DNA of 64,000 bases from Minisyncoccota bacterium (lineage in GTDB: Bacteria; Patescibacteriota; Minisyncoccia; Phycocordibacterales; UBA2100), in contig JAGOVW010000002.1 in the NCBI GenBank assembly GCA_018060545.1, positions 141 to 64,140 of the forward strand, in the 5' to 3' direction. Below are positions 17,848 to 29,300 of the stretch, in pieces. Position 1 is the first letter of the stretch. Every line of letters starts with the position of its first letter. A program made the position numbers and the translations under genes. The notes under the pieces were generated by a model, which searched no databases, was not told the DNA's origin, and saw only the letters and a program-made list of their open reading frames with translations.

Positions 17848-19152
17848 TTAATTAAAGTACTTTTCAATGAAGCCCCGATTCAGTTCGAGACTAAAGTAGT
17901 GCTTCCTCTTTATCCAGACAAACCCGTCACCCTTGGTAATTACCGCAACGTCGACAGGCCCCCCGACACTTTCATCTGCTGCGTTCGAAGTAAATTTCCT
18001 TCTTAAGGATGTAATGCTTACAAGAGATTCCGCCATTTCTGCCATGTCTTCTTTTCCCATGAACGCAAGAATATCGAGCAAAGGTTTGGTGATTGCATCC
18101 CAGCGATACTTATATAGCTCACTAATCATCTTTTCTCCGATTTCCTTTATTGCTGCGCTGATACTTTGAGCTTCGGTTTGATCAGATAATTTTGGTGCAA
18201 CTTGTGTAGAGACGGTCTCAAATGATACTCTGATGGACTTCTCAACCTCGGCCTCGTATTTGGGATCAACGCCGGTGAGGACTGTCATTGTTACATCCTC
18301 CTGAGCATAAGGGACTATGTTTGCGTTAGCTGTACCTGGAGAAATTCTAATTGGGTCTTGAATATCGTAGCGAATTGAATCTTGGATTACGCAGCCAACC
18401 AGTACACAGTGATTAGATGGGTACATTTCTTTTTCCCCGAAACCCATGAAGACCAAGCCCGAATGAGGCTCAAAAATTTGTGCCACTTTTGTGAGCCCGA
18501 GGACAAACTCGTTTATTGCCACCTTATCTTCGGTTGTCAGGCGGTGATTCGGATACTTCTTAGCGATCTCCACTTGGAGCGCCTTTGGAATTTCGCTAAG
18601 TAAATCTTGATATTCGCTCACGAATTGCTCATACGAACTATCCATTGAACTATTCCTTGGCAGAGCCAAGATATCATCACGATATTCACGAATCGCTGTT
18701 GATATCATCGGTGTTATATAGATCGCGGCAGCATCGGGGTCAAGAGTATTAGTATTTGCTTCGTTATCCGCAATGGACTTAATGACCTTCTGTTTTAATT
18801 CGCCAAAATTACCTGAACAAAGTTGGAAAAAAGCATTATTTCGAGACTCGGGTGTGATGTGGGCGAGCTGCTCTTTCAGGAACGTAAGAAAATTAGTCTG
18901 GTACTTTTCGACAGTATCAAACTTCTTCTCACCGAGCTGTTCTCGATAAACTTTTATAAGAGCCTCCCAAGGTATGCCCATAAAATCTGCGTTGTTGTAG
19001 ATTGCGATACCGACAGGGTGGTACTTAGACAGGGTGAACAACTTATTGCTCTTGTTGTAAACCTTCTTGATGTCACCGGACGATACAGTAGCCGCGCTAT
19101 CAGCGGCGATTGCAATCCCTTGAGCATTTAGGACACTTATGATCGCTGTCAT
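17848..19152 (-). CDS. Proteasome-beta/HslV-like Ntn hydrolase (N-terminal Thr) with a large internal insertion
   Basis: With the start at M-T, the mature N-terminus is TAIISVLNAQGIAIAADSAATVSSGDIKKVYNKSNKLF, giving Thr1, Asp17 and Lys33 at the canonical proteasome-beta positions. The C-terminal segment AADESVGGPVDVAVITKGDG matches the D-x-x-S-G-G ... ITKDG end of the beta-subunit fold. About 250 aa of mostly helical insert lie between the two halves. Confidence 0.55.
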   Translation of the reverse strand: MTAIISVLNAQGIAIAADSAATVSSGDIKKVYNKSNKLFTLSKYHPVGIAIYNNADFMGIPWEALIKVYREQLGEKKFDTVEKYQTNFLTFLKEQLAHITPESRNNAFFQLCSGNFGELKQKVIKSIADNEANTNTLDPDAAAIYITPMISTAIREYRDDILALPRNSSMDSSYEQFVSEYQDLLSEIPKALQVEIAKKYPNHRLTTEDKVAINEFVLGLTKVAQIFEPHSGLVFMGFGEKEMYPSNHCVLVGCVIQDSIRYDIQDPIRISPGTANANIVPYAQEDVTMTVLTGVDPKYEAEVEKSIRVSFETVSTQVAPKLSDQTEAQSISAAIKEIGEKMISELYKYRWDAITKPLLDILAFMGKEDMAEMAESLVSITSLRRKFTSNAADESVGGPVDVAVITKGDGFVWIKRKHYFSLELNRGFIEKYFN

Positions 19153-19415
19153 ACGTGCCGTCATAACATCATTTATTAGTGAATATGTCCAGGAGTGTCC
19201 AAAGCTTCTCAAAATAGCGATTCAGTATCCGCATCGTGCCGCCCCCTGATCCGATAATCCCGGTGGCTACCGGGTGCCCAAAACTTGCGAATTCCTGTGC
19301 ATTTCTGACCGGCCTTTGCTAAGGTATGTTTCGTGAATGACTCCGTAGTTACACCAATGATTCTTGTCTCAGGCAATGTTTTCTCCGATATGAATTTTCA
19401 ACTCCTTGAGTTTCA

Positions 19416-19441
19416 AATCCCTCCCTCTCCGCAGAGTCGAA
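19416..19441 (+). repeat. Displaced, inverted copy of the tRNA-Ser 3' end (aatccctccctctcc) plus variable-arm fragment (gcagagtcgaa), followed by a hairpin
   Basis: 15 nt identical to the tRNA-Ser T-arm/acceptor 3' strand, in the opposite orientation to the intact gene 2.6 kb away. It is followed by cctctccgcag...ctgcggagagg, an 11-bp stem at about 19421-19470, immediately upstream of the HEPN-like gene. Confidence 0.55.
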
Positions 19442-19484
19442 CGCAGTAAAATACTGCGGAGAGGAGCAATAGTGCGGGGCACCG

Positions 19485-20750
19485 TTGCGAGAGGGATATG
19501 AAAGCCGGAGCGGGCCACAGCCGAGCACGACTGGGAGCGAGGCACGGTGTGCGGCGAGAATTACAACGGCGATGGGGAGCGCTCAACCAAAGCGAGCTTA
19601 TTACTTAACTTTATCGCCCATTGACTTCATAATAGGCGGCATGCCAGGTCAAGAACAACGTACGAGTGGGTCGCAGCAGGTGGTGGATAACCGGATGAGG
19701 TTTATTCGCCTGCTCGAAAGCGATCAGCCGCCGGAATATCGGGCTGAATATGAGTTTGCTTCAGAGGCTCGAATTACTGGCCAACTCAACTATTCAAACG
19801 ATGACCTGATCCTCCGGCTTCTCACCATGGAGCCGAATCGGGATGGCCTCTTGAAGTACACCCTTTCTCTTGCCGCACCTGCGGAGTATCGCTTACCCGC
19901 ATATCAATCTAGTAAAGATGGCTACTACTTTGAGGGCGGAGGCTCCGAAGAAATATTGTCTTTAGTTTCCTTACATTTGAGGTGTCGTTCTTTTCCTATT
20001 TCCTATGTCTTTCGAGATCTCAATGGTCCTCCGTTAACGAAGTTTGAACACGACTTTAACTACATAAAACCGGACAAGGGTGCGGATAAATATCTATTTG
20101 ATACATCAAATAGAAACTTCGTAACTCTCAGCGACTTTTTTGATTTGGTAAAGAGATTACCGGGAACCTTTCATCATCGCTTTGCAAATGCTGTCAGACT
20201 TTACGCTCTAGCCCTGCGAGAGGTGGGAGTGAATGACCAACAAGCATATATACATTTGGTCTCTGCGATAGAAATACTTTCAAAACATCAAGTCCTTCCT
20301 GAGGCGCGTGATCCTTTACAAGGTGTTGTAGATCAACTTAAGAGTGTTCTTGAACAAGGAACCCCGGAAGCAAAAGGAGACCTTGGTAATCTCCTTGAAC
20401 AAAGAAAAACGATGCTAAAGTTCATCGCTTTTATACAAGAGCATTCCGACGGAAAGTTCACTGATAGACCTGTGGAGGGTGCTATGGAGCATAAGATCTA
20501 CAAAGATAATCTTCCCGACGCGCTAAAAAAGATTTATAAGGCTCGGTCCAAGTATCTACATGAAGGCAGTTCGATGTACTTGAGCGTGCCTCGTGTCACT
20601 GTGGCAGATTGTGACTACGATTCTTCAATGGGGCAGACTATCGACAATAGGCAATTTGACCCTGAAGACAAACTCCCAAATCTAGTGTTTTTCGAGAAGC
20701 TTGTCCGGGAATGCCTCTTGAGTTACCTGAACACTCATCAGAGTACGTGA
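19485..20750 (+). CDS. Hypothetical protein with a C-terminal HEPN-like Rx4H motif (Abi-like putative RNase)
   Basis: The ORF track begins at a TTG. The true start is probably an internal ATG (MPGQEQ at about 19641 or MRFIRLL at about 19695). The C-terminal region ...LKFIAFIQEHSDGKF...KKIYKARSKYLHEGSS contains R-S-K-Y-L-H (Rx4H). The gene is AT-richer than its surroundings. Confidence 0.45.
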   Translation: MREGYESRSGPQPSTTGSEARCAARITTAMGSAQPKRAYYLTLSPIDFIIGGMPGQEQRTSGSQQVVDNRMRFIRLLESDQPPEYRAEYEFASEARITGQLNYSNDDLILRLLTMEPNRDGLLKYTLSLAAPAEYRLPAYQSSKDGYYFEGGGSEEILSLVSLHLRCRSFPISYVFRDLNGPPLTKFEHDFNYIKPDKGADKYLFDTSNRNFVTLSDFFDLVKRLPGTFHHRFANAVRLYALALREVGVNDQQAYIHLVSAIEILSKHQVLPEARDPLQGVVDQLKSVLEQGTPEAKGDLGNLLEQRKTMLKFIAFIQEHSDGKFTDRPVEGAMEHKIYKDNLPDALKKIYKARSKYLHEGSSMYLSVPRVTVADCDYDSSMGQTIDNRQFDPEDKLPNLVFFEKLVRECLLSYLNTHQST

Positions 20751-20864
20751 TAAGAGATGTGTTCGATAGATCCACGAAATCATGAGTGTAGATAGGGCAT
20801 ACTGGACTATCTTATTATAGAGAATGGGAAAAAATGGGCACGTCAAAATGCTATACTCCCACCC

Positions 20865-21578
20865 ATGAACACAAAAATAATTGTTGGTATTGTGGTGCTA
20901 TTGATCGCGGGCGGAGCTTATTTTGTGATGAGCAAGGAGAAAGCGGCTCCTGTGGCTGACACAGCACCAGTACCAGTTGAGGTACCGATGAAAACAGCGA
21001 ACGAGAAGATGTCTTTTTTCATCACCTCTAAAAACCCAGGGCAGGGTGGAAACTTGGGCGGGCTTGCAGGAGCGGATGCATACTGCCAAAGCTTGGCAGA
21101 GAGTGCTGGGGTAACAGGGAAATCATGGGCAGCATATCTTTCGACTACCGATACCGACCCAGCTAAGAACGTACACGCGAAAGACCGCATCGGTTCTGGC
21201 CCATGGTACAACTTCAATGGGGAACTAATTGCGAGCACTTCGGAAACATTGCACGGTGAAAATTTCTTGAACAAAGCAACTGCACTGGATGAACAGGGCA
21301 ATCAAGTGAAGGGGCGTGGCGATGAACCAAACGATCACGACATCCTCACTGGCTCTGATGCATTCGGAATGGCTGTAAGTACGAGCACTTCTACCACGTG
21401 TGATAACTGGACAGCAGCGACGAGCAGCTCGGCAATCGTGGGTCACCACGATCGTATTGGTATCAACGAAAGTGCACCGATGAAATCGTGGGTTTCCTCG
21501 CACCAGACGCGCGGCTGCAGCCTCGAGCAATTCCGCAGCACCGGTGGTGCAGGGTTGTTCTACTGCTTTGCGAAATAG
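20865..21578 (+). CDS. Membrane-anchored secreted protein with a C-type-lectin-like domain (EPN motif)
   Basis: N-terminal TM (IIVGIVVLLIAGGAYFV). Cys pattern ADAYCQSLA...WYNFNGE...RGDEPNDHD...CDNW...FYCF resembles the CTLD fold. Confidence 0.35.
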   Translation: MNTKIIVGIVVLLIAGGAYFVMSKEKAAPVADTAPVPVEVPMKTANEKMSFFITSKNPGQGGNLGGLAGADAYCQSLAESAGVTGKSWAAYLSTTDTDPAKNVHAKDRIGSGPWYNFNGELIASTSETLHGENFLNKATALDEQGNQVKGRGDEPNDHDILTGSDAFGMAVSTSTSTTCDNWTAATSSSAIVGHHDRIGINESAPMKSWVSSHQTRGCSLEQFRSTGGAGLFYCFAK

Positions 21579-21624
21579 TGATGCCTGATTGCGCCAGAAG
21601 GAATCTGGTCAGTCATGAATGAAT

Positions 21625-21652
21625 CGCCGCCGCTCTCAATGAGCGGCGGCGG
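21625..21652. terminator. Bidirectional intrinsic terminator (cgccgccgctc-tcaatg-agcggcggcgg)
   Basis: 11-bp GC stem between convergent genes. Confidence 0.5.
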
Positions 21653-21675
21653 TGTGTATGGCAGGGAAGTGTGCA

Positions 21676-22191
21676 CTACCTGCGTGGGACATACGAGAGG
21701 ATTTTGTCTTTCCATACCCGAAGCAGTTCGTGCGATGCAAAGAAAAGATCGGTCACGGTATCGGTGGACTGCTTGATGAGCGACGTGTTGATCACCACGA
21801 GTACGATTTCGTTGTCGGTGACCTCGAGTTTCCACGAATCCGTGGCGTATCCTTCCGCTGCAAGTCGAACGACATCTTTGTGGAGCTCGATGCCCACTTG
21901 CTTCACCTCGTTTGGAACGAACCAGGCCGCTATGCGGCGCAGCATGCTTTCTTGCACTTCCTCTTTGAGTTCACCGTGTTGCGTGAGCACGATGCGCGCG
22001 CCTTCGCTTTTGGTGAGCGCAATGCTTCCCAGCGAAAGTGGTACCACTTGCGCGAGTGCCATGGCAATCGCTGATTCTTTCATGCGGGTTGGGATGCCTT
22101 TGAAAACGAGCCCAGCCACATAGGGAACGGGAGCGAGGATTGCATCAAGTACTGCTTTGGTCAGCTCGGGTGAGGGCACGTAGGTTGCCAT
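21676..22191 (-). CDS. Hypothetical protein
   Basis: Start moved to MATYVPSPEL (172 aa) to remove overlap with the divergent gene. No motif recognised. Confidence 0.45.
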   Translation of the reverse strand: MATYVPSPELTKAVLDAILAPVPYVAGLVFKGIPTRMKESAIAMALAQVVPLSLGSIALTKSEGARIVLTQHGELKEEVQESMLRRIAAWFVPNEVKQVGIELHKDVVRLAAEGYATDSWKLEVTDNEIVLVVINTSLIKQSTDTVTDLFFASHELLRVWKDKILSYVPRR

Positions 22192-22312
22192 GAAGTGTCT
22201 CCTGTTGCAGATTAGACCGCCTGGACTATCCCACAAAAAAGTATGGGAATCAAGGAGCTGGTGCGCAATCTTCGCGTGTCGATACTTGCTCCTGGCACGA
22301 TATACTTTCGGC

Positions 22313-22669
22313 ATGGCTACACCACTCGAGTTTATTTCATATGACGATTTCGAAAAAGTAGATATCCGAGTCGGGAAAGTAATTGCTGTTGCGGATTTTC
22401 CTGAAGCGCGGAAGCCTGCGTTTCAGTTCACCATCGATTTTGGCCCAGAGATTGGCATCAAGAAATCCAGCGCGCAGGTGGTGGGTGCACATACCAAAGA
22501 GGAGCTTCTCAATACGCTTGTGTGCTGTGTCGTCAGTTTCCCACCGAAACAAGTTGGCCCATTTGTTTCAGAAGTACTTACTCTGGGGTTCAAAAACAGT
22601 GCCGGCGATGGGTGGGTATTGATTGCGCCCAAGAACGAAAACGTGGCGTTGGGCAGCAAGTTGGCGTAA
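22313..22669 (+). CDS. tRNA-binding protein (CsaA/Trbp111, MetRS C-terminal-like OB fold)
   Basis: MATPLEFISYDDFEKVDIRVGKVIAVADFPEARKPAFQFTIDFGPEIG matches the EMAP/Trbp111 domain. Confidence 0.65.
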   Translation: MATPLEFISYDDFEKVDIRVGKVIAVADFPEARKPAFQFTIDFGPEIGIKKSSAQVVGAHTKEELLNTLVCCVVSFPPKQVGPFVSEVLTLGFKNSAGDGWVLIAPKNENVALGSKLA

Positions 22670-22745
22670 ATGCAGGTACTTGCATTATCTTGTAAACAGT
22701 TGTATAATACAAAAGGAAGACCAACAACAGGAAAGACACCACAAA

Positions 22746-23198
22746 ATGTCATTTCTCGCACGCGAAGACGGCTTTCGTGCTGGCACGAAGGCAGCCCTCG
22801 AAGCCATGCGGCCGTTCTTGTACCACAGCTGGGAGTATCGGCAGTACCCCAGCGACGCTGTAGGAAAAGTCCACTCTGGACCCACTGCGGTGTTCGGCGA
22901 ACTGAAGCAAACCGGCTTCTATGTGTACGCAGGTAGCGTGCGCATTCAGGCTGCGAAGGGTTTCAGCGTCGGTGGTCGCGAGTTTGCGACCGTTGTGCAA
23001 CGAGCCGCCAAGTCGCCGAATCGGTGGAACTACCACCCCGTCGACGTCTACTTCCTTGGCCTGGTGGAGAACGGCGCTCCGGTGCCGGAATTCACGTGGA
23101 CCGACGAAGAGATGGATGCATACCTCGTTGAAGAAGCAGCACTCGCACCCACGGAGCCTCCCATTCCTGGCATGCCTGTGCCGGAATCGGCAACGTGA
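22746..23198 (+). CDS. Hypothetical protein
   Basis: Start MSFLARE, preceded by AGGAAAG. Terminator downstream at 23211-23240. Confidence 0.45.
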   Translation: MSFLAREDGFRAGTKAALEAMRPFLYHSWEYRQYPSDAVGKVHSGPTAVFGELKQTGFYVYAGSVRIQAAKGFSVGGREFATVVQRAAKSPNRWNYHPVDVYFLGLVENGAPVPEFTWTDEEMDAYLVEEAALAPTEPPIPGMPVPESAT

Positions 23199-23210
23199 CG
23201 TCAATCGCCT

Positions 23211-23240
23211 GCGAAGCCCCCGACCTGTCGGGGGCTTCTA
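23211..23240 (+). terminator. Intrinsic terminator (gaagcccccgac-ctgt-cgggggcttc)
   Basis: Perfect 12-bp stem. Confidence 0.55.
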
Positions 23241-23300
23241 CTATTTTCCGTGCATACGCACGCACAATTGAAGTAGAAACTGATACACTCTAGCTATCCT

Positions 23301-26300
23301 ATGGAGCCAAAGGACACAGCACCCGTGCCTCCTGCACCAGCGCCCGATTTAGATGTGCCTGCTGCGGTTTCACCCGTATCCCAGATCAAACAGAAAGTTG
23401 CGACGCTCATTACGTGGGGTCGCACGCATCCATCAAAAAACACCGCAACCCTGGCACTGGGGGCTGTGCTCTCGCTTCTTGTGGTCATGCTGGTGGCGAA
23501 TGGTTTTGGAAAAGGCATCGCGTTCTTCACGCCCGATACGAATTATGTGCCCGTGTATACATTGGTGAATGACAAAATCTCGAAGAGCGGCGCGATTATC
23601 GTGAACTTGCCAGAAGGTGTGGCCCAAGCGAGTGCGGCAGCAGCCGTGACGTTTGATCCGCCGATTGCTGGCGAATGGATTCCTTCAAAGCTACGTGAGG
23701 CGGTGGTGTACAAGCCATCTGAACAACTGACCGTGGGCAAACACTACCTGGTATCGCTGGCGACCGAAGAGGGTGTCATCAAAAAAGATTTTCTTGTGGA
23801 TGAGGATCCCCGTGTGTTAGACATGTTCCCATCCAAAGACGCTGAAGCAGATCCGGCTTCCACCATCACCATCGTATTCAATCGGCCCATGGTGCCCTTA
23901 ACCACGCTCTCTGAGTTGGATGCACTGGAGGTGCCAGTGGGAATCACGCCACAGACTCCTGGCAGATTTAAATGGATTAGTACGCGTACGCTACAATTCA
24001 CGCCTACATCCGCGCTTGCTGGTTCGGCCAACTACTCGGTAACAATTGGCGATGATTTTGTTTCGATGGATGGGCTTGCGGTACCAGCAGTCACCCATAC
24101 ATTCACCACGAAGCGCTTGCGTCTTGATCAGGTAACATCTGGTGCAATTGTGTACAACGAACCCGTGCAGCTGTATTTCAATCAGCCAATTGATCTGGAG
24201 CGCACACACAGGGAAATTACGCTCACCGATGTGGCAGCAGGAAGAGCAATTGATTTTGTTGCAGCATATGGGCAGAAAACGGTGTACGACCAATCAAGCG
24301 GCACGATGCAGAAAGTTGAAGATCAATCGATCCTCAGTGTGGTGCCTAAAAATTCCCTCAACGGGCATGCAAACGTCTGGCGTTTTGATGGTGTGTACCG
24401 AGTGGTGGTGCAGAAAGCGTATACCGTGGGCGGGGACATTCCACTCCCAGAAGCGGGTTCTGATCCTGCAGCTGCAACCGACATCGTAGCAAGTGGTGTC
24501 CTGAGAGAGGTAACCGCACAGTCAGAGAAATCTACTTTGGTTTCGCCTGCACTCTTTGATCCGTCAGGCACCGTTACCTTTGCTTTCCATGAAGCGATTG
24601 ATATTGGGAAAAGTACGATTCGTGGCAAGGGAATGAAGAAGATTTCCTATGGCGAGACGTGCAAGCAAACAGAGCAAGACGACTACTATAGTGCTGCGTG
24701 CGAAAAGGTACCCGACGAATCCACTCTGGTGATGACCTTTGATGAGGGTGCGTATGCGCGGGGCGAGCAGGTACCGATTACGTTTGAACGGCTGTTCAAT
24801 GCTGCGGGCTACCAAGTGAACAGCGAACCGATCGTATCCACGCTCTCGGTATATCCAGCACTTAAAGTACGAATGATGCCTTCAGATGGTGCCACCTCTG
24901 CAAGTGTGAAAGATTTGGTCGTGTGCTCGAATGCACCTCTCAAGCCACAGGAAGCAACTGCGTTTTACGAGCAGGTAAAGGCCAATAATTACCTGGTATT
25001 TGGCAGGTGGGACAACCCGTACCTAGAGGGAGAGATGAACTACTATGGGGCCGAGCGGCTGTGCGCCGTGGGTGAGTACGTGAACAAAATCGCTTACGGG
25101 CTTTTACCACAGAAGCCGTATACCCTCACGGCGTCTTTTGAAGACGTGTTTGCACAGAAAGCGAGCGTCAACGCCTCACTCGCTACTGGGCGCGCACCGC
25201 TCTTCTATTTGCGGTTCCAGAATTTGCAAAAAATATACAACGTAACGACACCCGAGCACACCAAGCTTACCTATGCGACAGAAAACTTTGATTACGTGAA
25301 TCTTTCCATCTGCAAAGTGTCGCCCGACGCTATGGTGCAATACCTCGCAGCGGAGCCGAGTGAAGTATCCACAAAGCCTACCAGTGCATTTGCGTGTACG
25401 TCGTCGGTAAACGAGCGCATTCAGTTGAAGAGCGACCAGTGGGTAAACCAGTATTTCCAAGTAGATCTGAAACAGTATTTCCCCGATCCGCGCGGGCAGT
25501 ATGTGGTGTCGTTTACGCATCCGCAGTATGTAGACGCGCAGGGGGCAGCGCTGTATGGGCGCACGTATGTGAGCGTGACAAATCTTGCCGCAACGTCGAA
25601 ACGCGTGAAGTGGTCGTCATACGATTACACTCCAGAGACACCAGATAGGACCGACATGGACACCCGTGGTGCGGTGTATTGGGTGAGTCAGATGCAATCG
25701 CTGTTGCCGGTTTCGGGTGCACAGGTGAAAGTGTACAAAGCGGGGGCGACGCAGGAGTGGGGTGGAAACAATCCTGCGGTACCACCGATTCTTGCAAGTG
25801 TAACGAGCACTAATGCTGGTGGGTTTGGTGAGTTCACGCTGATTCCTGATGTGGTGGGTGCCGCTATAACGCACGGAGCAGAATCAGCAGTCGTTTCAGC
25901 CTGGGCCGACACGCTCAATAGCCCCAGCTGGCAGGACGCTCGCCAAGACGAAAAAATGTACCTATACACCGATCGGCCGATATACCGACCGGGGCAAGAG
26001 GTATTTGTGAAAGGGCTCTACCGCATGCATTTCGACGGTGTATTCAAAGTGTTCGACGAGGCAGACATGAAAGTGGAAGTGCGCGACAGCAAAGGCGAGG
26101 TAGTGCTTTCGCAAAAGCGGCCAGTGAGTGCGTACGGTACTTTTTCAACGAGCGTAAAACTACCCGCTGATGCACCGCTGGGTTCATACTCCATTTCGGC
26201 TGGGAATGGATGGGCATCATTTGATGTTGCTGAGTATGTGGGCGCTGCGTTTGAAGCAAAGGCCGAGACCGATAAGGAGGAGTATCTTGCCGGGGAAACT

Positions 26301-29300
26301 GCGCGGCTGGCGATTTCAGGAAAATACTACTTTGGGGTGCCGCTTGATGGTGGGGTGCTTGAGTACAGCCTCAGTGCGCAGAATTTCCATTTCGACAGAT
26401 ACAAGGATGAGTACTTTAGCTTCGGTAATTCATGGTACTCCTGCTACGACTGTGGCTACGGCGATACGTACTTAAAGAGTGGTAAAGCAACGCTTGATGC
26501 GCAGGGTATTGCGCACCTCGAGCAGTCTCTCGATTTCGCGCAGCTCTTCACGGGCGAAACGGGTGGCCAGAGCAAAATATTTGTGTTGCACGGCACGATA
26601 AAAGATAAGCAGGGCAAATCGGTCAGTTTCCAGAAGTCGTTCATTGTGCATCGTGGCAGCTTGTACCTAGGAGTAAAAACAGATCCTACATTTACAGGGG
26701 CGAACCAGGATGTAGCGCTTCGCCTCAAGACGGTTGATGTGCAAGGAAAGCCTACGGCGAAAAGCGGCATCACTGTGGTGGTGAATAAAGTAGGCTGGGA
26801 ATCATACAAACGACAAGAGGTTGATGGCGGATACTACAATCGTCCGCAGCAGATTCTCACCCCTGTTATTACGAAGCGCGCATCAACAAATAGTGCTGGC
26901 GAGTATACCGAGCAGTTGAAGCTTGCAGAGCCTGGCCAGTATCAGATAGTGGCGACCACCGAAGATGGCAAGGGAAATACGGTTACCGGCGTGAGTGACC
27001 TATACGTGTATGGTGCCGGTACGATTGATGTGCGTCCTACCAACAACGCCACCCTAAACGTGCGTGCTGAAAAGACTGATGTGAAAGCGGGCGATATGGC
27101 GCAGTTCATCATCGAGTCGCCGTTCCCGCGAGCAAAGGCGCTGATATCTATAGAGCGTGGCCGCATCTTCACCTATGAAGTGATAGACATCACGCAGAGC
27201 ATGTACCAGTACGAGTTTCCGATTACCGAAGACTATGCGCCCAACGTGTTTGCCTCGGTGGTGCTCTTGGCACCAGGTCCGGCTATTAAGTTTGGGCAGG
27301 TAGAGTTTACGGTAGACAAGAAAGCCAAAGAGCTCACGATTGACCTAAAGGCCGACAAGACCGCGTACCTTCCGGGCGAGAAGGTGACTCTTGCTATTAA
27401 AACTACTGATGCCGCGGGCCGTGCGGTGCCAGCGAATGTATCCCTTGCTGTGGCTGATTTAAGCGTGCTAGCCCTAAAAGGTAATCCAAAGAAAGATCCG
27501 CTACTCTTTTTCTATGACGGGTTTCCGCTCACGGTTACTACCGAAGCCAACGTTAAAAACTTGCTGATGGAAGCAGAGATTCCGACGGGTAACAAAGGTG
27601 GCGACGGTGGCAACCCGGCAGATTTGGCTACACGTAAGCGTGGAGAGTTTAAAGACACTGCTTTTTGGCAAGCAGATGTGATAACGAATGCGCAAGGAAT
27701 GGCTGAAGTTTCGTTCACTCTTCCGGACAATATTACGCGTTGGCAAATTGAATCGGTGGGGCTCACCAAAGATACGCGGCTCGGGGTGCGGTACGCGGAA
27801 TTGCTGGCGCAGAAGGAAGTGATGGCGGTGCCATTGAAGCCACGATTTATCGTACCAGGCGACACCTTCATGCTCGGTGCAAAGATTTTCAATCAGAGTG
27901 CCAATACGCAAACACTCGAGGTGACTTTTGAAAGCGATACGCTTACGTTTGAGGATACACCGCGTGCACGCAAAACAATCAAAGCAGGGGAGAGTGACGT
28001 GGTGTATGTAGAGGTGACCGCACCGGAGTCGGTGCAGAGTGGAGTGCATTCATTTACGCTTTCAGCAAAGAACGGGAGCTATAACGATACGGTGGAGCAA
28101 ACCATTTCGATTACGCGAAACATGACGTATGAGTCTACGGCAACAGCAAACTCAACGAGTGCAGTCAGCGCCAAGGAGTATCTGTACCTACCAGACGGGC
28201 TTCTGAAAGATCGTGGTGGACTCACGATAAAAACGAGCGCCACTTTGGCTGTGTACCTCACGGATGCGCTTACCTATCTATTTGAATACCCATACGGATG
28301 TTCGGAGCAGCTTGCTAGCCGCCTTTCTGCAATGGCGATTACAAAAAAGGCGCTTGCGGTGCCGAATGTTGGTACATCATTTGATCTGCCAGAAGTAACT
28401 ATGGGTGGCGTTTCCTATACAGTAGATGAGGCTATCGCCAAAGGACTTGAGCAAATATACGATAGCCAAAATGCTGATGGCGGATTTGCGTACTACAAAG
28501 GTTTGAAAGCTGATCCATACGTCTCTATCCACGTGCTTAATACACTTATGGATATCAAGGCTGCTGGATACCCTGTGCGTCCGCAGGTCATCAATAACGC
28601 GGTGAGCTATTTGTATGGTCAGGTGTCGTACTTCAAAAAGCAGCAGGGCAGCGCCGATACACTCGTGCTCCTTACCTATGCACTTTCGCGTGCAGACCAG
28701 GGATCAGGAAGTTATGCGGCACTGGTACAGCAGGTAGCAGGCCTTGCTACACCACGCTACCTGAGCGACACCGCAAGCAGTAACTCGCTGGCGTATTTGG
28801 CCCTCATAACCACGCGGGCGAATGTGTCGGCTGCATTTAAAGAAAAAGTATTTGCTGCACTCATCAATAGGGTGGAGATAGATTCACGTGGAGCGTACGT
28901 GAAAACAAATCCTGCCAATACCGGCTGGGCCTACTACGAGACCGCAGAGAAGAACACCGCACTGTTCCTGAAAGCGTTGGTAGCTGATGAGCGAGTGTAT
29001 ACACAGACCGACAGTGTGTTGCGCTGGCTTTTGGCGAGCCGTGCCAGTGACGGCTCGTGGGGCTCTACCAATGCGTCTGTTGCCGCTATTGACGCACTGT
29101 CGGAATACTTGCTATGGAAGCGCGAAACGGAGTCACGCTTTACCTTAACGACCACTCTTGATGAAAAGGAAGTATCAACCACTGCATTTGGCGCTGATAA
29201 CATCCTCGCCACCATTACCACGTTCCTGCCAATTGCTGAGATGAAGACCAGCGCGGCACAGGCCATCTCGTTCACTAAATCGAACGCGAGCGAACTGGCG

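Noticed and set aside
21652-22123. Plus-strand ORFs 21652..22074 and 21671..22123
   Set aside because: They are antisense to the minus-strand gene 21676..22191 and have no RBS.
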